The notes: generated by a model from the letters alone, not told the origin. 64,000 nucleotides of DNA from an uncultured Gammaproteobacteria bacterium (GCA_963764725.1 CAVXTM010000010.1:96001-160000); one strand, 5' to 3'. Shown: positions 50,426 through 61,177, numbered from the stretch's first letter. Translations and numbers: made by a program.

Positions 50426-51787
50426 ATGCTGCATAAGCTCTACATAAAAACCTTTGGCTGTCAGATGAATGAATACGATTCCTCCCGGATCGTCGCTGCC
50501 TTGGAGAAATCGCATGGGTTGTCCAAGACCCAGAACCCTGCGGAGGCCGATGTTCTCATCGTTAATACCTGCTCCGTGCGAGAGAAGGCGCAGGAAAAGC
50601 TATTCTCGCAGCTAGGGCTCTGGCGCCAGTGGAAAAGGGTCCGGCCAGAGCTCGTCATCGGAGTGGGCGGCTGCGTGGCCAGCCAGGAAGGAGCGGCGAT
50701 TTGGGAGCGCGCCCCCGATGTCGACGTGATTTTTGGACCTCAGACCCTCCACCGGTTGCCGGCGATGTTGAACGCCGCGGCAGGGACGAGGCGCCGGATC
50801 ATCGATATCAGCTTTCCGGAAATCGAGAAATTCGACCGCCTGCCCGAGGTGCGGGCGCAGGGCCCGACGGCATTCGTTTCCATTATGGAGGGTTGCAGCA
50901 AGTATTGTTCGTTTTGTGTCGTGCCTTATACGCGCGGGGAGGAGTTCAGCCGGCCTTTCGACGATGTGATCACCGAGATCGCCGGGCTTGGCGAGCAAGG
51001 CGTGCGCGAGGTGACGCTCCTCGGTCAGAACGTCAATGCTTACCGCGGAGCGATGCACGATGGCAAGATTGCCGATCTCGCCGTATTGCTGCATTATGTG
51101 GCCGACATCGATGGCATCGAACGCATCCGCTTTACAACCTCGCATCCGCTGGAATGTTCCGATCGCTTGATCGCGGCCTACGCGGACATTCCGCAACTTG
51201 CGGATCACTTGCATCTGCCGGTGCAGAGCGGATCGGACCGCGTCCTCGCACTGATGAAGCGCGGTTACACCGCGCTCGAATACCGTGCCAAGATCCGCAA
51301 GCTGCGCGAGGTCCGGCCGGGCATCAGCGTGTCCTCGGATTTTATCGTCGGTTTTCCGGGCGAGACCGAGGAGGATTTCGAGAAAACCCTAACTCTGGTC
51401 GACGCCGTAGGATTTGATCAATCGTTTAGCTTTATCTATAGCAAGCGCCCGGGCACGCCAGCCGCGAGTCTCCCCGATGAGGTTCCGGAGGAGGTAAAAA
51501 AGGAGCGGCTACGGATCCTGCAAACGCGCATCGACGAAAACGCCCGAAACATCAGTGTGTCCATGGTGGGCAAGGTGGAACGCATCTTGGTGGAAGGCCC
51601 GTCGCGCAAGAACCCAGAGGAGCTGTGCGGCCGAACCGGCAACAACCGGGTGGTGAACGTGGCCGCGCGCCCGCGCCTCGCCGGCCATTTTGCCGAGGTG
51701 CGGATCACCGAGGCCTTAGCGCATTCGCTGCGCGGCGAGCTCATCGGGTGCGCGAACGAGTCTACTGATCGCCCAGTGCTCGCTTGA
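50426..51787 (+). CDS. miaB: tRNA-2-methylthio-N6-dimethylallyladenosine synthase
   Basis: [30 protein letters not shown] radical-SAM motif, TRAM domain. Confidence 0.97.
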   Translation: MLHKLYIKTFGCQMNEYDSSRIVAALEKSHGLSKTQNPAEADVLIVNTCSVREKAQEKLFSQLGLWRQWKRVRPELVIGVGGCVASQEGAAIWERAPDVDVIFGPQTLHRLPAMLNAAAGTRRRIIDISFPEIEKFDRLPEVRAQGPTAFVSIMEGCSKYCSFCVVPYTRGEEFSRPFDDVITEIAGLGEQGVREVTLLGQNVNAYRGAMHDGKIADLAVLLHYVADIDGIERIRFTTSHPLECSDRLIAAYADIPQLADHLHLPVQSGSDRVLALMKRGYTALEYRAKIRKLREVRPGISVSSDFIVGFPGETEEDFEKTLTLVDAVGFDQSFSFIYSKRPGTPAASLPDEVPEEVKKERLRILQTRIDENARNISVSMVGKVERILVEGPSRKNPEELCGRTGNNRVVNVAARPRLAGHFAEVRITEALAHSLRGELIGCANESTDRPVLA

Positions 51788-52785
51788 GTACGACCAAGAA
51801 GCTGCCGCCCGCACTTGCGAGCGACATTGTTTTAGCGCCGCTCGATAACCAGCGTTTGGCCAATCTATGCGGTCAGTTCGATGAGCACCTGCGGCTGCTA
51901 GAACGCCGCTTGGGGGTCGAGATCAACAACCGCGGTAATGCCTTCCGGGTGATCGGCCTGCCGCGCTCGGTAGCCGCGGCCGGCCGTATCATCGAACAGT
52001 TGTATGCGGCGACCGTTGAGGAGATGCTCTGTCCGGAGCGCATCCATCTGCATCTGCAGGAAGCCGGCATCGAAGAGATTTTGGAGGAGGCTGAGCACGA
52101 CGATCACCTTATCCAAACGCCGCGCTGTGTCGTGAAAGCCCGCGGCGCGAATCAGCGCCGTTATGTCGATAATATTCGCCAGTGCGACATTAATTTTGGC
52201 ATCGGCCCCGCGGGGACTGGTAAGACCTACCTGGCCGTTGCCTGCGCGGTCGAGTCCTTGGAACGCGAAACGGTGCGGCGGGTGGTATTAACCCGGCCCG
52301 CCGTGGAGGCGGGCGAGCGCTTAGGGTTCCTGCCCGGGGACATCGTCCAGAAGGTGGATCCCTATTTGCGGCCCTTGTACGATGCCCTCTACGAGATGCT
52401 GGGGTTCGACAAAGTCTCAAAATATATCGAGCGTCACATCATCGAAGTCGCGCCGCTTGCTTTCATGCGCGGGAGGACTATGAATGACTCCGTGATCATA
52501 CTGGACGAAGCGCAAAACGCCACCTCGGAACAGATGAAAATGTTTCTCACGCGCATCGGGTTCGGGTCCACCGCGGTCGTCAATGGCGATATCACGCAAG
52601 TAGATCTCCCGGCGGGCCGGCTGTCGGGATTGCGGCATGTCATCGACGTGCTACGACAGACGCGGGGCGTGAGCTTTACTTTTTTCCAAGCCAAAGATGT
52701 GGTAAGACATCCGCTCGTGGCGCGGGTGGTCGAAGCTTACGAAACCTACGAAGCCGGAAGCCGGAGCGCGGCCGAGCCCTGCTGA
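51784..52785 (+). CDS. phoH: PhoH-family ATPase (YbeZ)
   Basis: [39 protein letters not shown]. Confidence 0.95.
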   Translation: MSTTKKLPPALASDIVLAPLDNQRLANLCGQFDEHLRLLERRLGVEINNRGNAFRVIGLPRSVAAAGRIIEQLYAATVEEMLCPERIHLHLQEAGIEEILEEAEHDDHLIQTPRCVVKARGANQRRYVDNIRQCDINFGIGPAGTGKTYLAVACAVESLERETVRRVVLTRPAVEAGERLGFLPGDIVQKVDPYLRPLYDALYEMLGFDKVSKYIERHIIEVAPLAFMRGRTMNDSVIILDEAQNATSEQMKMFLTRIGFGSTAVVNGDITQVDLPAGRLSGLRHVIDVLRQTRGVSFTFFQAKDVVRHPLVARVVEAYETYEAGSRSAAEPC

Positions 52786-53243
52786 TGGCGATCCGATTAG
52801 CGCTGCAATATGCCTGCGGATCCGCGGACCTGCCCACGCGCCGGGCCGTGAACAAGTGGATACGTGCGGCCCTGGCCCGCCGGTGCGCGAGCGCCGAGGT
52901 CACGGTGCGCATTGTCGGCGAAGCGGAGGGCGCGGATTTGAATCGGCGTTGGCGCAAGCGGCGCGGCGCGACCAATGTACTATCTTTCCCGAGCGAGGGC
53001 CACGCAGCCCCCGCGTTGCTGGGCGATATCGTGATCTGCGCACCCGTGGTCGCGCGCGAAGCCCATGAGCAATCAAAATCTCCCGAGGCTCATTGGGCAC
53101 ATCTCATCGTTCACGGCGTTTTGCATCTGCTTGGATACGACCATAAAACGCAACGTGATGCCGAAGCGATGGAAACGCTAGAACAGGGCATTCTCGAGAG
53201 ACTCGGGTATCCGAATCCTTACAACGATGTGCCCGGTGCATGA
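52785..53243 (+). CDS. ybeY: rRNA maturation endoribonuclease YbeY
   Basis: TNVLSFP, GDIVIC, HGVLHLLGYDH. Confidence 0.96.
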   Translation: MAIRLALQYACGSADLPTRRAVNKWIRAALARRCASAEVTVRIVGEAEGADLNRRWRKRRGATNVLSFPSEGHAAPALLGDIVICAPVVAREAHEQSKSPEAHWAHLIVHGVLHLLGYDHKTQRDAEAMETLEQGILERLGYPNPYNDVPGA

Positions 53244-54115
53244 ACGAAGACCCTCCTAGTAAAACACGCAAGAATTCGTGGCTTGGAAGGACTAGGGAAT
53301 TTCTGCGCCTGTATCCACGGGACACGCAAGAGATCACGGACTTACTGCGTGAGCTCGAGCAACGCAATCTGATTTATCCTGAGGTCTTGGCGATGATTGA
53401 GGGCGCGCTGCTGGTCTCCGAGATGCAGGTAAGAGACATCATGTTACCGCGCGCGCAGATGGTCGTGGTCCCGGCGGACGCGGGGGTGAAGGAGTTTCTG
53501 CCGCGGGTGATCCGTTCTGGGCACTCGCGGTTTCCGGTGGTCGATGACAAACGTGATGAGGTGCTCGGGATCTTGCTCGCGAAAGACTTGCTTGCTTACC
53601 TGGCGCAGAGCGAATCCACCCCCTTCGACCTTTGGGATGTGTTACGTCCGGCGGTGTTCGTACCGGAAAGCAAGCGCTTAAACGTGCTACTGCGAGAATT
53701 TCGCAGTAGCCGTAACCATATGGCCATCGTGGTCGATGAGTACGGACGGCCGTCGGGGCTGGTGACCATCGAGGATGTCATCGAACAGATCGTGGGTGAC
53801 ATCAGCGACGAGCACGATGTCGGCGAGGAAGGCTATATCAGGAAGCACCGTGATGATCGCTACACCGTTCGGGCGCGCACGCCAATTCACGAATTCAACG
53901 CTTATTTTCAAACCGACTTTGCGGACGAAGAATTCGACACCATCGGCGGCGTCATCCTCAAGGCCTTGGGTCATATGCCGGCGCGTGGCGAGGCGATCGA
54001 GTACGGGGGTTGGAAATTTACCATACTCCGCGCCGATCCACGCCGCATCCATTTGATGCGTGTCGGCCGGGCACCAGAATGGGCCGGCGAGCAGCCGAAA
54101 GCTGGAGTTGGCTAA
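53240..54115 (+). CDS. corC: CBS/CorC Mg-Co transport-associated protein
   Basis: VRDIMLPR, HSRFPV, HMAIVVDEYG, GLVTIEDVIEQIVG. Confidence 0.93.
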   Translation: MNEDPPSKTRKNSWLGRTREFLRLYPRDTQEITDLLRELEQRNLIYPEVLAMIEGALLVSEMQVRDIMLPRAQMVVVPADAGVKEFLPRVIRSGHSRFPVVDDKRDEVLGILLAKDLLAYLAQSESTPFDLWDVLRPAVFVPESKRLNVLLREFRSSRNHMAIVVDEYGRPSGLVTIEDVIEQIVGDISDEHDVGEEGYIRKHRDDRYTVRARTPIHEFNAYFQTDFADEEFDTIGGVILKALGHMPARGEAIEYGGWKFTILRADPRRIHLMRVGRAPEWAGEQPKAGVG

Positions 54116-54124
54116 GGATCGGGA

Positions 54125-55669
54125 ATGCGTGATCGCCGCGCCGTGGCGCTCGCCGCAGAGTGGCGGGAAGGTTTGGCGAATAGAGGCCTACTTAGTCTTG
54201 CCGGGGATTTAGCAAGCCTGGTCGCGGGCGCGATTCTGCCATTGGCATTCGCGCCCTTCGAGCTGGCGCCGCTCGCCGTGCTGTCGCTCGCGGCTCTTTT
54301 CTACCTGTGGGACGAGATCTCGCCGCGGCGGGCGTTTTTGCGCGGCTGGCTTTATGGCCTCGGAATGCTTGGAACGGGTGTTTCTTGGGTGCAAATCAGC
54401 ATCCATCAATTCGGGATGCCCGTCTTGGCCTTTTCAGTCACCGTGACCGTCGGGTTTATCGCCTTTGTCGCCCTTTATCCCGGGCTGATCGGAGCGCTCG
54501 CCAACCGTTGGTTTCGCGTGTCCGCGGCAGTGCGCTTTCTGGTCGTGCTCCCGGCTCTCTGGACGCTCATGGAATGGTTCAAGGGGTGGGTTTTGACCGG
54601 TTTCCCGTGGCTGAATGTTGGTTATAGCCAGGTGGATACTCCGCTTGCCGGCTTCGCCCCGGTGTTCGGTGTATACGGAGTAAGTTTCGCGGTGGCGCTA
54701 AGCGCCGGGCTTCTCTGCGCGATGCTCCGCAGTCCCTCGCGCTTAGGCTCCCTTGTGTTGCTATCGGTCCTCTGGATAGCCGCACTTGCGTTAGGCCGGG
54801 TGACATGGACCGAAGCACAGGCGACTAAATCGCTCTCGGTGGCGCTCATTCAGGGCAACGTTGCGCAGGCGATGAAATGGTTGCCCGCCGAAAGGCAGGC
54901 AACCATCGATCGCTACCTCGGTCTGACGGCGTCCTCTTGGGGGAAGGTCGATGTCGTCGTGTGGCCGGAGACCGCCATACCGGAGTTTTATACAGAGACT
55001 ACGCCGTATGTTCGCGTACTTACCGAACAAGCACGGCAGACGGGGACCGAGCTCCTGCTCGGCGTGCCCTATCGAGACCCTGACGGAAAGCGGTATTACA
55101 ACGCGGTCGCTACTATCGGGCGCCACGCGGGGATCTATCGAAAGCGTCACTTGGTGCCCTTCGGCGAGTACTTGCCGTTCCCAGTGCTACTGGGGAAACT
55201 CCTCGATTTCTTGGATATTCCCATGTCGAGCTTCAGCGCCGGTAGCCGGGGCCAAGCACCACTTGCGGTCGCCGGTGTCCCGGTCGGTGTTTCCATTTGC
55301 TACGAAGATGCATTCGGTGAAGAAGTCATCGAACAGCTTCCGGTGGCCCGGCTTTTGGTTAATGTCAGCAACGATGCCTGGTTCGGAGACTCAATTGCGC
55401 CCCACCAGCATTTGGAAATGGCGCGCATGCGTGCGCTGGAGGGCGGCCGGGTTCTCTTGCGGGCCACCAACAATGGGATTTCCGCCGTTGTCGACCACCG
55501 GGGAAAGGTGGTGGCTCAGGCGCCACAGTTCCGGCCCTATACACTCAAGGCACGGGTTCGCGCACGCACGGGCGCGACACCTTACGTTATGTTCGGGAAC
55601 GGCCCGATGGTTGTCCTCGCCGCAGGTTTGCTTGCCGCGGCTCTCGTCTTTTGCCGCGTGCGAAGTTAG
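54125..55669 (+). CDS. lnt: Apolipoprotein N-acyltransferase
   Basis: TGFPW, QGNV, VWPETA, KRHLVPFGEY, ICYED, NDAWF, RATNNG. Confidence 0.96.
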   Translation: MRDRRAVALAAEWREGLANRGLLSLAGDLASLVAGAILPLAFAPFELAPLAVLSLAALFYLWDEISPRRAFLRGWLYGLGMLGTGVSWVQISIHQFGMPVLAFSVTVTVGFIAFVALYPGLIGALANRWFRVSAAVRFLVVLPALWTLMEWFKGWVLTGFPWLNVGYSQVDTPLAGFAPVFGVYGVSFAVALSAGLLCAMLRSPSRLGSLVLLSVLWIAALALGRVTWTEAQATKSLSVALIQGNVAQAMKWLPAERQATIDRYLGLTASSWGKVDVVVWPETAIPEFYTETTPYVRVLTEQARQTGTELLLGVPYRDPDGKRYYNAVATIGRHAGIYRKRHLVPFGEYLPFPVLLGKLLDFLDIPMSSFSAGSRGQAPLAVAGVPVGVSICYEDAFGEEVIEQLPVARLLVNVSNDAWFGDSIAPHQHLEMARMRALEGGRVLLRATNNGISAVVDHRGKVVAQAPQFRPYTLKARVRARTGATPYVMFGNGPMVVLAAGLLAAALVFCRVRS

Positions 55670-55686
55670 CGGCGCCCCTTGAAGTG

Positions 55687-56751
55687 ATGAGGACCTTGGA
55701 CCGCTACATCGCGAGGATCGTAATGGGCTCGATCGCGAGTGTGTTGGTGGTTTTGGTCGCGGTATTTTCTTTCTTTAAGTTTATCGATGACCTGGAACAG
55801 ATGGGCCGTGGCGGGTATGGGATCCTCGCCATCGTTGAGTTTGTCTTTTTCAGCATCCCGCGCTTGACCTACGAGCTGTTCCCGATCGCCGCCTTGATCG
55901 GCACTTTAATCGGTCTGGGAACGCTGGTTCGCAATAGCGAAATGATCGTGATTCGAACCTCCGGGGTGTCGCTGACGCGGATCGTTTTTTCGGTAATGAA
56001 GCTGGGATCCGTTTTCGTGCTCGCCTCCCTTGTGGTAGGCGAGTTTATCGCCCCGCCCGGCGAAGAGTTGGCGCAAAACAGAAAGTCGATTGCGACGACC
56101 AATCAGATCGTGCCCAAGTCCCCGGGCGGTTTTTGGGCTCGGGACGGGCGGAGTTATATCAACATTCGCCGGGTGTTACCCGACAATCGCGTGGAGGACG
56201 TTTACATCTATGAATTCGACGACCGGAATCGTCTCCGCGTAAGCACTTCCGCGCGGCAGGCTTATTACAAGCAAGGCCGATGGGTTCTCGAAGATATCAA
56301 TCAGACCGTTTTCGACGCGGATCGCGTGCGCAAACTGCTAATGGAGCATGCACCATGGGATTCGTTGTTGGATCCCAAGCTTATCAATCTTTTCGCGATC
56401 AACCCCCAGCACTTGTCGATGATCAATCTGTATAACTACATCCGCTTTCGAGAGGCTAACCGGCAAAACAGTCGCTACTACCGGCACGCACTGTGGGCGA
56501 AGTTGTCATATCCGCTGGCCACGGGCGTCATGGTTTTTCTTGCCATTCCGATTGTTTTGGTCACGGCGCAAAAAACGGGTATTGGGCAACGCGTCGTCAT
56601 CGGGTCATGCATCGGCCTGGTTTTCCATATCGTCAACAAGGCGGCGGGGTCATTGGGCTTATTATTCGATCTATCGCCGGTGCTCAGCGCGATGTTTCCA
56701 ACAGCCGCCACGTTCATGGCTGCCGTTTTACTCATGCGCCGAGTGCACTGA
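55687..56751 (+). CDS. lptG: LPS export permease LptG
   Basis: LDRYI, FPIAALIG, NSEMIVIRTSGVS, GEFIAP, WARDG. Confidence 0.9.
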   Translation: MRTLDRYIARIVMGSIASVLVVLVAVFSFFKFIDDLEQMGRGGYGILAIVEFVFFSIPRLTYELFPIAALIGTLIGLGTLVRNSEMIVIRTSGVSLTRIVFSVMKLGSVFVLASLVVGEFIAPPGEELAQNRKSIATTNQIVPKSPGGFWARDGRSYINIRRVLPDNRVEDVYIYEFDDRNRLRVSTSARQAYYKQGRWVLEDINQTVFDADRVRKLLMEHAPWDSLLDPKLINLFAINPQHLSMINLYNYIRFREANRQNSRYYRHALWAKLSYPLATGVMVFLAIPIVLVTAQKTGIGQRVVIGSCIGLVFHIVNKAAGSLGLLFDLSPVLSAMFPTAATFMAAVLLMRRVH

Positions 56752-56774
56752 TCAGTCCGAGGAGTTGACTGATA

Positions 56775-56902
56775 AAAATCTATTCCCGCGGTCTTGCCGC
56801 GGGGACCTTAGCGATGGGGTTACCAAAGGGGAGAGGCGCAGTTCTTCCCTTTGGTCGCCCCACGGGGTTGCATTCCCCGTGGTGGCGAAATCTATATTGA
56901 CT
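56775..56902 (+). repeat. Palindromic repeat family A, copy 3 (intergenic)
   Basis: Three tandem hairpins (CCCGCGG/CCGCGGG; CCAAAGGG/CCCTTTGG; CCACGGGG/CCCCGTGG). Confidence 0.8.
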
Positions 56903-56957
56903 TCATCATCCTTGATATCATGTCCGTCGAGTAAACTCAGTGGGAGAGACGGCCCGT

Positions 56958-59222
56958 ATGACGTGGAAAGAGGTGCTGGCTGCTAGGATACCGCTTGGGC
57001 TAGGGCGCGAAATCGACATCTTCGAGACCCAGATCGAGCTGAAACGCCAAGGAAAGGTCGAGGATAAGCTGTTCGCGGAGACCCGGTTGCGACGTGGGGT
57101 CTATGGGCAGCGCTACGATAACGGTCAACGCCACGATGGTATCGCACATCGAACTCTCGCGTTCCCGGACAACGCCTTGACCAAAGGCCCCGACACGCTG
57201 TGGGATGCCCCCGGGATGCAACGTATCAAGCTTCCCTATGGGGGATTAACCCCGGATCAAATGAACGTGTTCGCGGATTTGGCGGAGGAATATTCGGACG
57301 GCATCAGTCACGTTACGACCCGCCAGGACATACAGCTCCATTTCGTGCACATCGAGGATACTCCGGATCTTATGCGGCGCCTCGCCGCCGCGGGTATCAC
57401 CACGCGCGAGGCCTGCGGGAACAGTGTGCGCAACGTCACCGCGTGTCCGTTGGCGGGGATTTGCCGCGATGAAGCCTTCGACGTCACTCCTTATGCCCAG
57501 GCCACGGCGCGATTCCTTCTTGGTCACCCGGACACTCAAGACTTCGGGCGCAAGTTTAAAGTGGCGTTTTCAGGGTGTAAGCAACGCGCCTGCGCCCTGG
57601 TGAACATGCATGATCTCGGATTTATCGCGCACGTTGCTTCGGGAACCGGGCAGCGCGGCTTCGCGATGTATGTGGGGGGAGGGTTGGGTGCGGTGCCCTA
57701 TCAGGCGAAGCTTTTCGACAACTTCGTGCCGGAGACCGAGATCCTGCCGCTTGCCCAAGCGATCTCGCGGGTTTTCGCGCGCCTCGGTGAAAAGAGAAAC
57801 CGCGGCCGGGCGCGTATTAAATTCTTGATTGATAAGCTCGGTATAGATCGATTTAGGGAATTGGTGCTTGCGGAACGCGCCACCTTACCGCCGGATGCGG
57901 CCTGGACCTCCTATCTCCCGGAGGTTCTAAGTTACCGCGAACATCCGGCCAGAGCACCGCAACCGCTGAACGGCGCCGCGCGCGACAGCGCGTTCGAGCG
58001 CTGGCGCGCCTCAAACGCCTACCAGCAAAAGCAAACCGGCTACGTCGTCGCGGCGGTGACGCTTCCCATAGGGGACATTACGTCCTGGCAAATGCGGCGG
58101 CTTGCCGATCTCGCCAGGCGCTATTCGGGGGACAACGTGCGTACGACGGTGGAGCAGAATATCGTCCTCCGATGGGTTGCCGAGGCGGATTTGCCGGGCT
58201 TATACGAAGGCTTGTGCGCGATCGGGCTGGGCACGCCCGGCGCCGGCACGGTGAGTGATGTGGTCGCATGCCCAGGCACCGATACCTGCAAGCTCGGCAT
58301 TGCGTCCTCACGCGGCTTAGCGGGCGAATTGAGTCAGCGGCTTGCGGGAATTGCTCCCAGTCTCGATGCCGCGGTGAATGCGCTGCATATCAAGATCAGC
58401 GGTTGTTTCAATGCCTGTGGTCAACATCATCTCGCGGACTTGGGTTTCTACGGGGTCAGCCGGAAAGTCGGCGGCACTACGGTGCCACACTTCCGGGTGG
58501 TCTTGGGCGGCGAATGGGAGCACAACGCAGGCGCCTTTGGGCTGACTATCGGGGCGATTCCCTCGAAGCGGGTGCCCGATTTTGTCGAGCGTATCACCGC
58601 CAAATATCTGCAAGAACGAAGCCCGGGAGAAGCGTTCCGCAAGTACATCGAGCGTGTCGGCAAGCAAGAGATCAAGGCCTTGGTCGATGAGCTGTCCGTC
58701 GTTCCGCCCTATGAGCGCGACCGCAGCTATTATTCCGACTGGCGCGATCCGCGGGAATTTACCGTGAGTGACATCGGTACCGGGGAATGCGCCGGAGAGG
58801 TCGTCTCACGCGCCGAATTCGACCTGCAGTCGGCCGAACGGCAGTACTTTGAAGCGCAATTGCACTTCGATCGCGGCGATTACAAATTAGCTGATAACAC
58901 GGCCTACAACGCCATGCTTGAGGCGGCAAAGGCGCTTATCCGCACCCAATATCTGGATATTTCAAATAATCCGGATGCGATCGCGAGCGAATTCAAGCGG
59001 CGTTTTTGCGACACTGAAGTTTTTTATGACCACTACGCCGGGGGGAAATTCGCGCAATACCTCTTCAATCGCCATGCGGATACGGATCGCAAGTACACCC
59101 CGGAGCAAGCGCGCTATCTCATAGAAGAAGCCCAGCTCTTTATCGAGGCGGCCTATGCCTGCCACGGCCGGCTGCTGGAGCAAGGTAATTTGGCGTCACG
59201 CGAAACCGCGATTCTGCTGTAG
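56958..59222 (+). CDS. Siroheme nitrite/sulfite reductase with C-terminal HEPN-like helical domain
   Basis: GVYGQR, HVTTRQDIQLH, ACGNSVRNV, RKFK, CPGTDTC...SGCFNACGQH. Confidence 0.9.
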   Translation: MTWKEVLAARIPLGLGREIDIFETQIELKRQGKVEDKLFAETRLRRGVYGQRYDNGQRHDGIAHRTLAFPDNALTKGPDTLWDAPGMQRIKLPYGGLTPDQMNVFADLAEEYSDGISHVTTRQDIQLHFVHIEDTPDLMRRLAAAGITTREACGNSVRNVTACPLAGICRDEAFDVTPYAQATARFLLGHPDTQDFGRKFKVAFSGCKQRACALVNMHDLGFIAHVASGTGQRGFAMYVGGGLGAVPYQAKLFDNFVPETEILPLAQAISRVFARLGEKRNRGRARIKFLIDKLGIDRFRELVLAERATLPPDAAWTSYLPEVLSYREHPARAPQPLNGAARDSAFERWRASNAYQQKQTGYVVAAVTLPIGDITSWQMRRLADLARRYSGDNVRTTVEQNIVLRWVAEADLPGLYEGLCAIGLGTPGAGTVSDVVACPGTDTCKLGIASSRGLAGELSQRLAGIAPSLDAAVNALHIKISGCFNACGQHHLADLGFYGVSRKVGGTTVPHFRVVLGGEWEHNAGAFGLTIGAIPSKRVPDFVERITAKYLQERSPGEAFRKYIERVGKQEIKALVDELSVVPPYERDRSYYSDWRDPREFTVSDIGTGECAGEVVSRAEFDLQSAERQYFEAQLHFDRGDYKLADNTAYNAMLEAAKALIRTQYLDISNNPDAIASEFKRRFCDTEVFYDHYAGGKFAQYLFNRHADTDRKYTPEQARYLIEEAQLFIEAAYACHGRLLEQGNLASRETAILL

Positions 59223-59288
59223 CGTTCCTAAGCCTAGCCAAAAATATTTGAAATTTAAGCATTTCGTTAAACTCCCTCTCCCTGAGGG

Positions 59289-60847
59289 CTGTCTCTTGAT
59301 CGGATCTTTTCACTGTTTTTTGAGGCTCAGAAATTGCGCGCTGACCTGAGTAGCATCGACGCGTTCCTGCAAGCGGAACCAGCCCTCCCACAATACAGCC
59401 CAGCCAGCGCGTCCGGTGCGTTTTGTGTCTATCCAGCCGCCCAGTTTGGCGAGGGTCTCGCAGGCCCACTTCAGCGAAGGCGCTTGCGCGGGCGGGCGGC
59501 ACCGGTGCTGTGTGACCCACAATACTTTCCATTCCATCTCCTCGAGCACCCCGGCACAGCTGACTTGCCCTGCTGCCTCCACCGACAAGCCTTTGCCTGT
59601 AGCGCTATCGAGCCATTCGCGCAATTGCAGCAGCCGCACCGCGATGAATGCCAATATCACGGCCATGCGCTCCAAATTGTCGGCCGACTGCATACGTCGG
59701 GCTTCTACCCCAGCGCCGGATTTCCACGCCTTGTGAAAATCCTCCACTCGCCAGCGCCGCGCATAGTGGCTCAATACCCGCTGCGCCTCGATGATGGTAG
59801 CCACCGGTTCGCTCGCCAACAACAGCCAGCACAAGGGTTCCTGCCCATGCGGGGGATGTGCCTCCATCGCCAACACCGCATTGACCTGCAGCGAGGGCAG
59901 TCCCGGTGCGCGCCGTGGGGCGCAAAACTCAATGCAGGCGCTGCGCACCTGCAGATGCGCTTGCCGCGAACGCCGTGCATGCGCCCCACCGCGTTGCTGG
60001 ACCCGCACGCCATGCGAACCCAACACCGGCGCACGCTCCAGGGCTTCGAACAGGTGGCGCGCCTCGCCCGCCACGCGCCGGTCCCAACTTGCGCGCACGA
60101 CGAACCGCTCGCCACGCTCGACTTTGTACTGCAAATACTCGTAGATGTCAGCCTCACGGTCACACACCGAAATCACTCGCGCCTGCGTCACCCCCAAGCG
60201 CTCGGCCATCCGTCCACTGGCGCGCTGCCACTTGAAGCTTTCCTTCTCCCCATAGGCGCGCTCCCCACGCTGGTGCCGCTTGCCACGCTCCGTCACCGGC
60301 CGACACCAGCGCTCTTGCTCGATCAATCCCACTGTGCAACCGCTCTCAGCCGCCAACAACAACACCGAGTGCACAATGAACCCGCGCTTCTCGCTCTCCT
60401 GCTTGGCGCCCAAATCGCCCAACTGCTCGGCCGCTGCGTGCCCATACGACAAGCTCGTACTGTCTTCCACCGCCAGCAACTCACCCACAGTATTCGCCGC
60501 CAACTGCGCCGTCGCCTGAAAGCCCCCTTCGGCGATCGCCTGCGGGTCTACCCCCTCATTGCGCAACAATCGGTACGCTCCTTCACAGGCCGCCGAGTCG
60601 CCCCGACAGGCCCGCACCGGCGCTTGCCCCACATGCGCCGCCAATTGTGCACCCATCTTCACCAACCGTCGCGTGCGTCGCGGATCGCCCAAATCACAAA
60701 GCCCAAAGGTCCCGTGCGCCCATTGCATCGCTTCATCCGGTACTCGCATCGACCTCGTCCTCCCATGGGACATTATTAATCTGGTCGATCCGATCCGCAC
60801 ACCTGATGAAAGTTCCCGCTGGCCGGAAAAATGTGTATAAGAGTCAG
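59289..60847 (-). mobile_element. IS4-family, IS50/Tn5-like insertion sequence
   Basis: The ends CTGTCTCTTGATCGGATCT and CTGACTCTTATACACATTT closely match the IS50 inside and outside ends; 1559 bp. Confidence 0.92.
59310..60800 (-). CDS. IS50-like DDE transposase (true start may be 60773 or 60749)
   Basis: LGDPRRTRRLV, GAYRLLRN, VEDSTSL, EKESFKW, VCDREAD, YARRWRVEDFHKAWKSG (YREK), AKLGGW. Confidence 0.93.
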   Translation of the reverse strand: MRIGSTRLIMSHGRTRSMRVPDEAMQWAHGTFGLCDLGDPRRTRRLVKMGAQLAAHVGQAPVRACRGDSAACEGAYRLLRNEGVDPQAIAEGGFQATAQLAANTVGELLAVEDSTSLSYGHAAAEQLGDLGAKQESEKRGFIVHSVLLLAAESGCTVGLIEQERWCRPVTERGKRHQRGERAYGEKESFKWQRASGRMAERLGVTQARVISVCDREADIYEYLQYKVERGERFVVRASWDRRVAGEARHLFEALERAPVLGSHGVRVQQRGGAHARRSRQAHLQVRSACIEFCAPRRAPGLPSLQVNAVLAMEAHPPHGQEPLCWLLLASEPVATIIEAQRVLSHYARRWRVEDFHKAWKSGAGVEARRMQSADNLERMAVILAFIAVRLLQLREWLDSATGKGLSVEAAGQVSCAGVLEEMEWKVLWVTQHRCRPPAQAPSLKWACETLAKLGGWIDTKRTGRAGWAVLWEGWFRLQERVDATQVSAQFLSLKKQ

Positions 60848-60877
60848 CCCGGCGGGAGAGGGTTGGGGTGAGGGGGT

Positions 60878-61177
60878 TAGAATAAGGTAACTCATTGCTT
60901 CGGAAGCGAACTCATTAGCTTGGGATCTACCGAGTTCTTTTTCAATTAACCCTTCCACATTAGTATGCCAACCACGACAGTCGGGCGCCGCAAAAACACT
61001 CAATTGTTCTCTTCTCTCGGCTTCTGGTAGGCTTTGGGTTGCAACCTTCTCAGCCAGAATATGCTCGTACATTTGGTCAGCTTCTAATACATAGGCCCTT
61101 AGTTTCTTTTTCACCTGGGATAGGCGTGTAGCATGCCGCTCAGCGCCTGCGGAGAAGCGTTCGCTTTCGGAAAGCAC
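60878..61177 (-). CDS. Small hypothetical protein (3' end uncertain, runs into repeat/IS)
   Basis: AT-rich ORF immediately downstream of the 61187 stop. Confidence 0.4.

Noticed and set aside
59334-60779. 481-aa plus-strand ORF
   Set aside because: Antisense shadow of the IS50-like transposase; no motifs.
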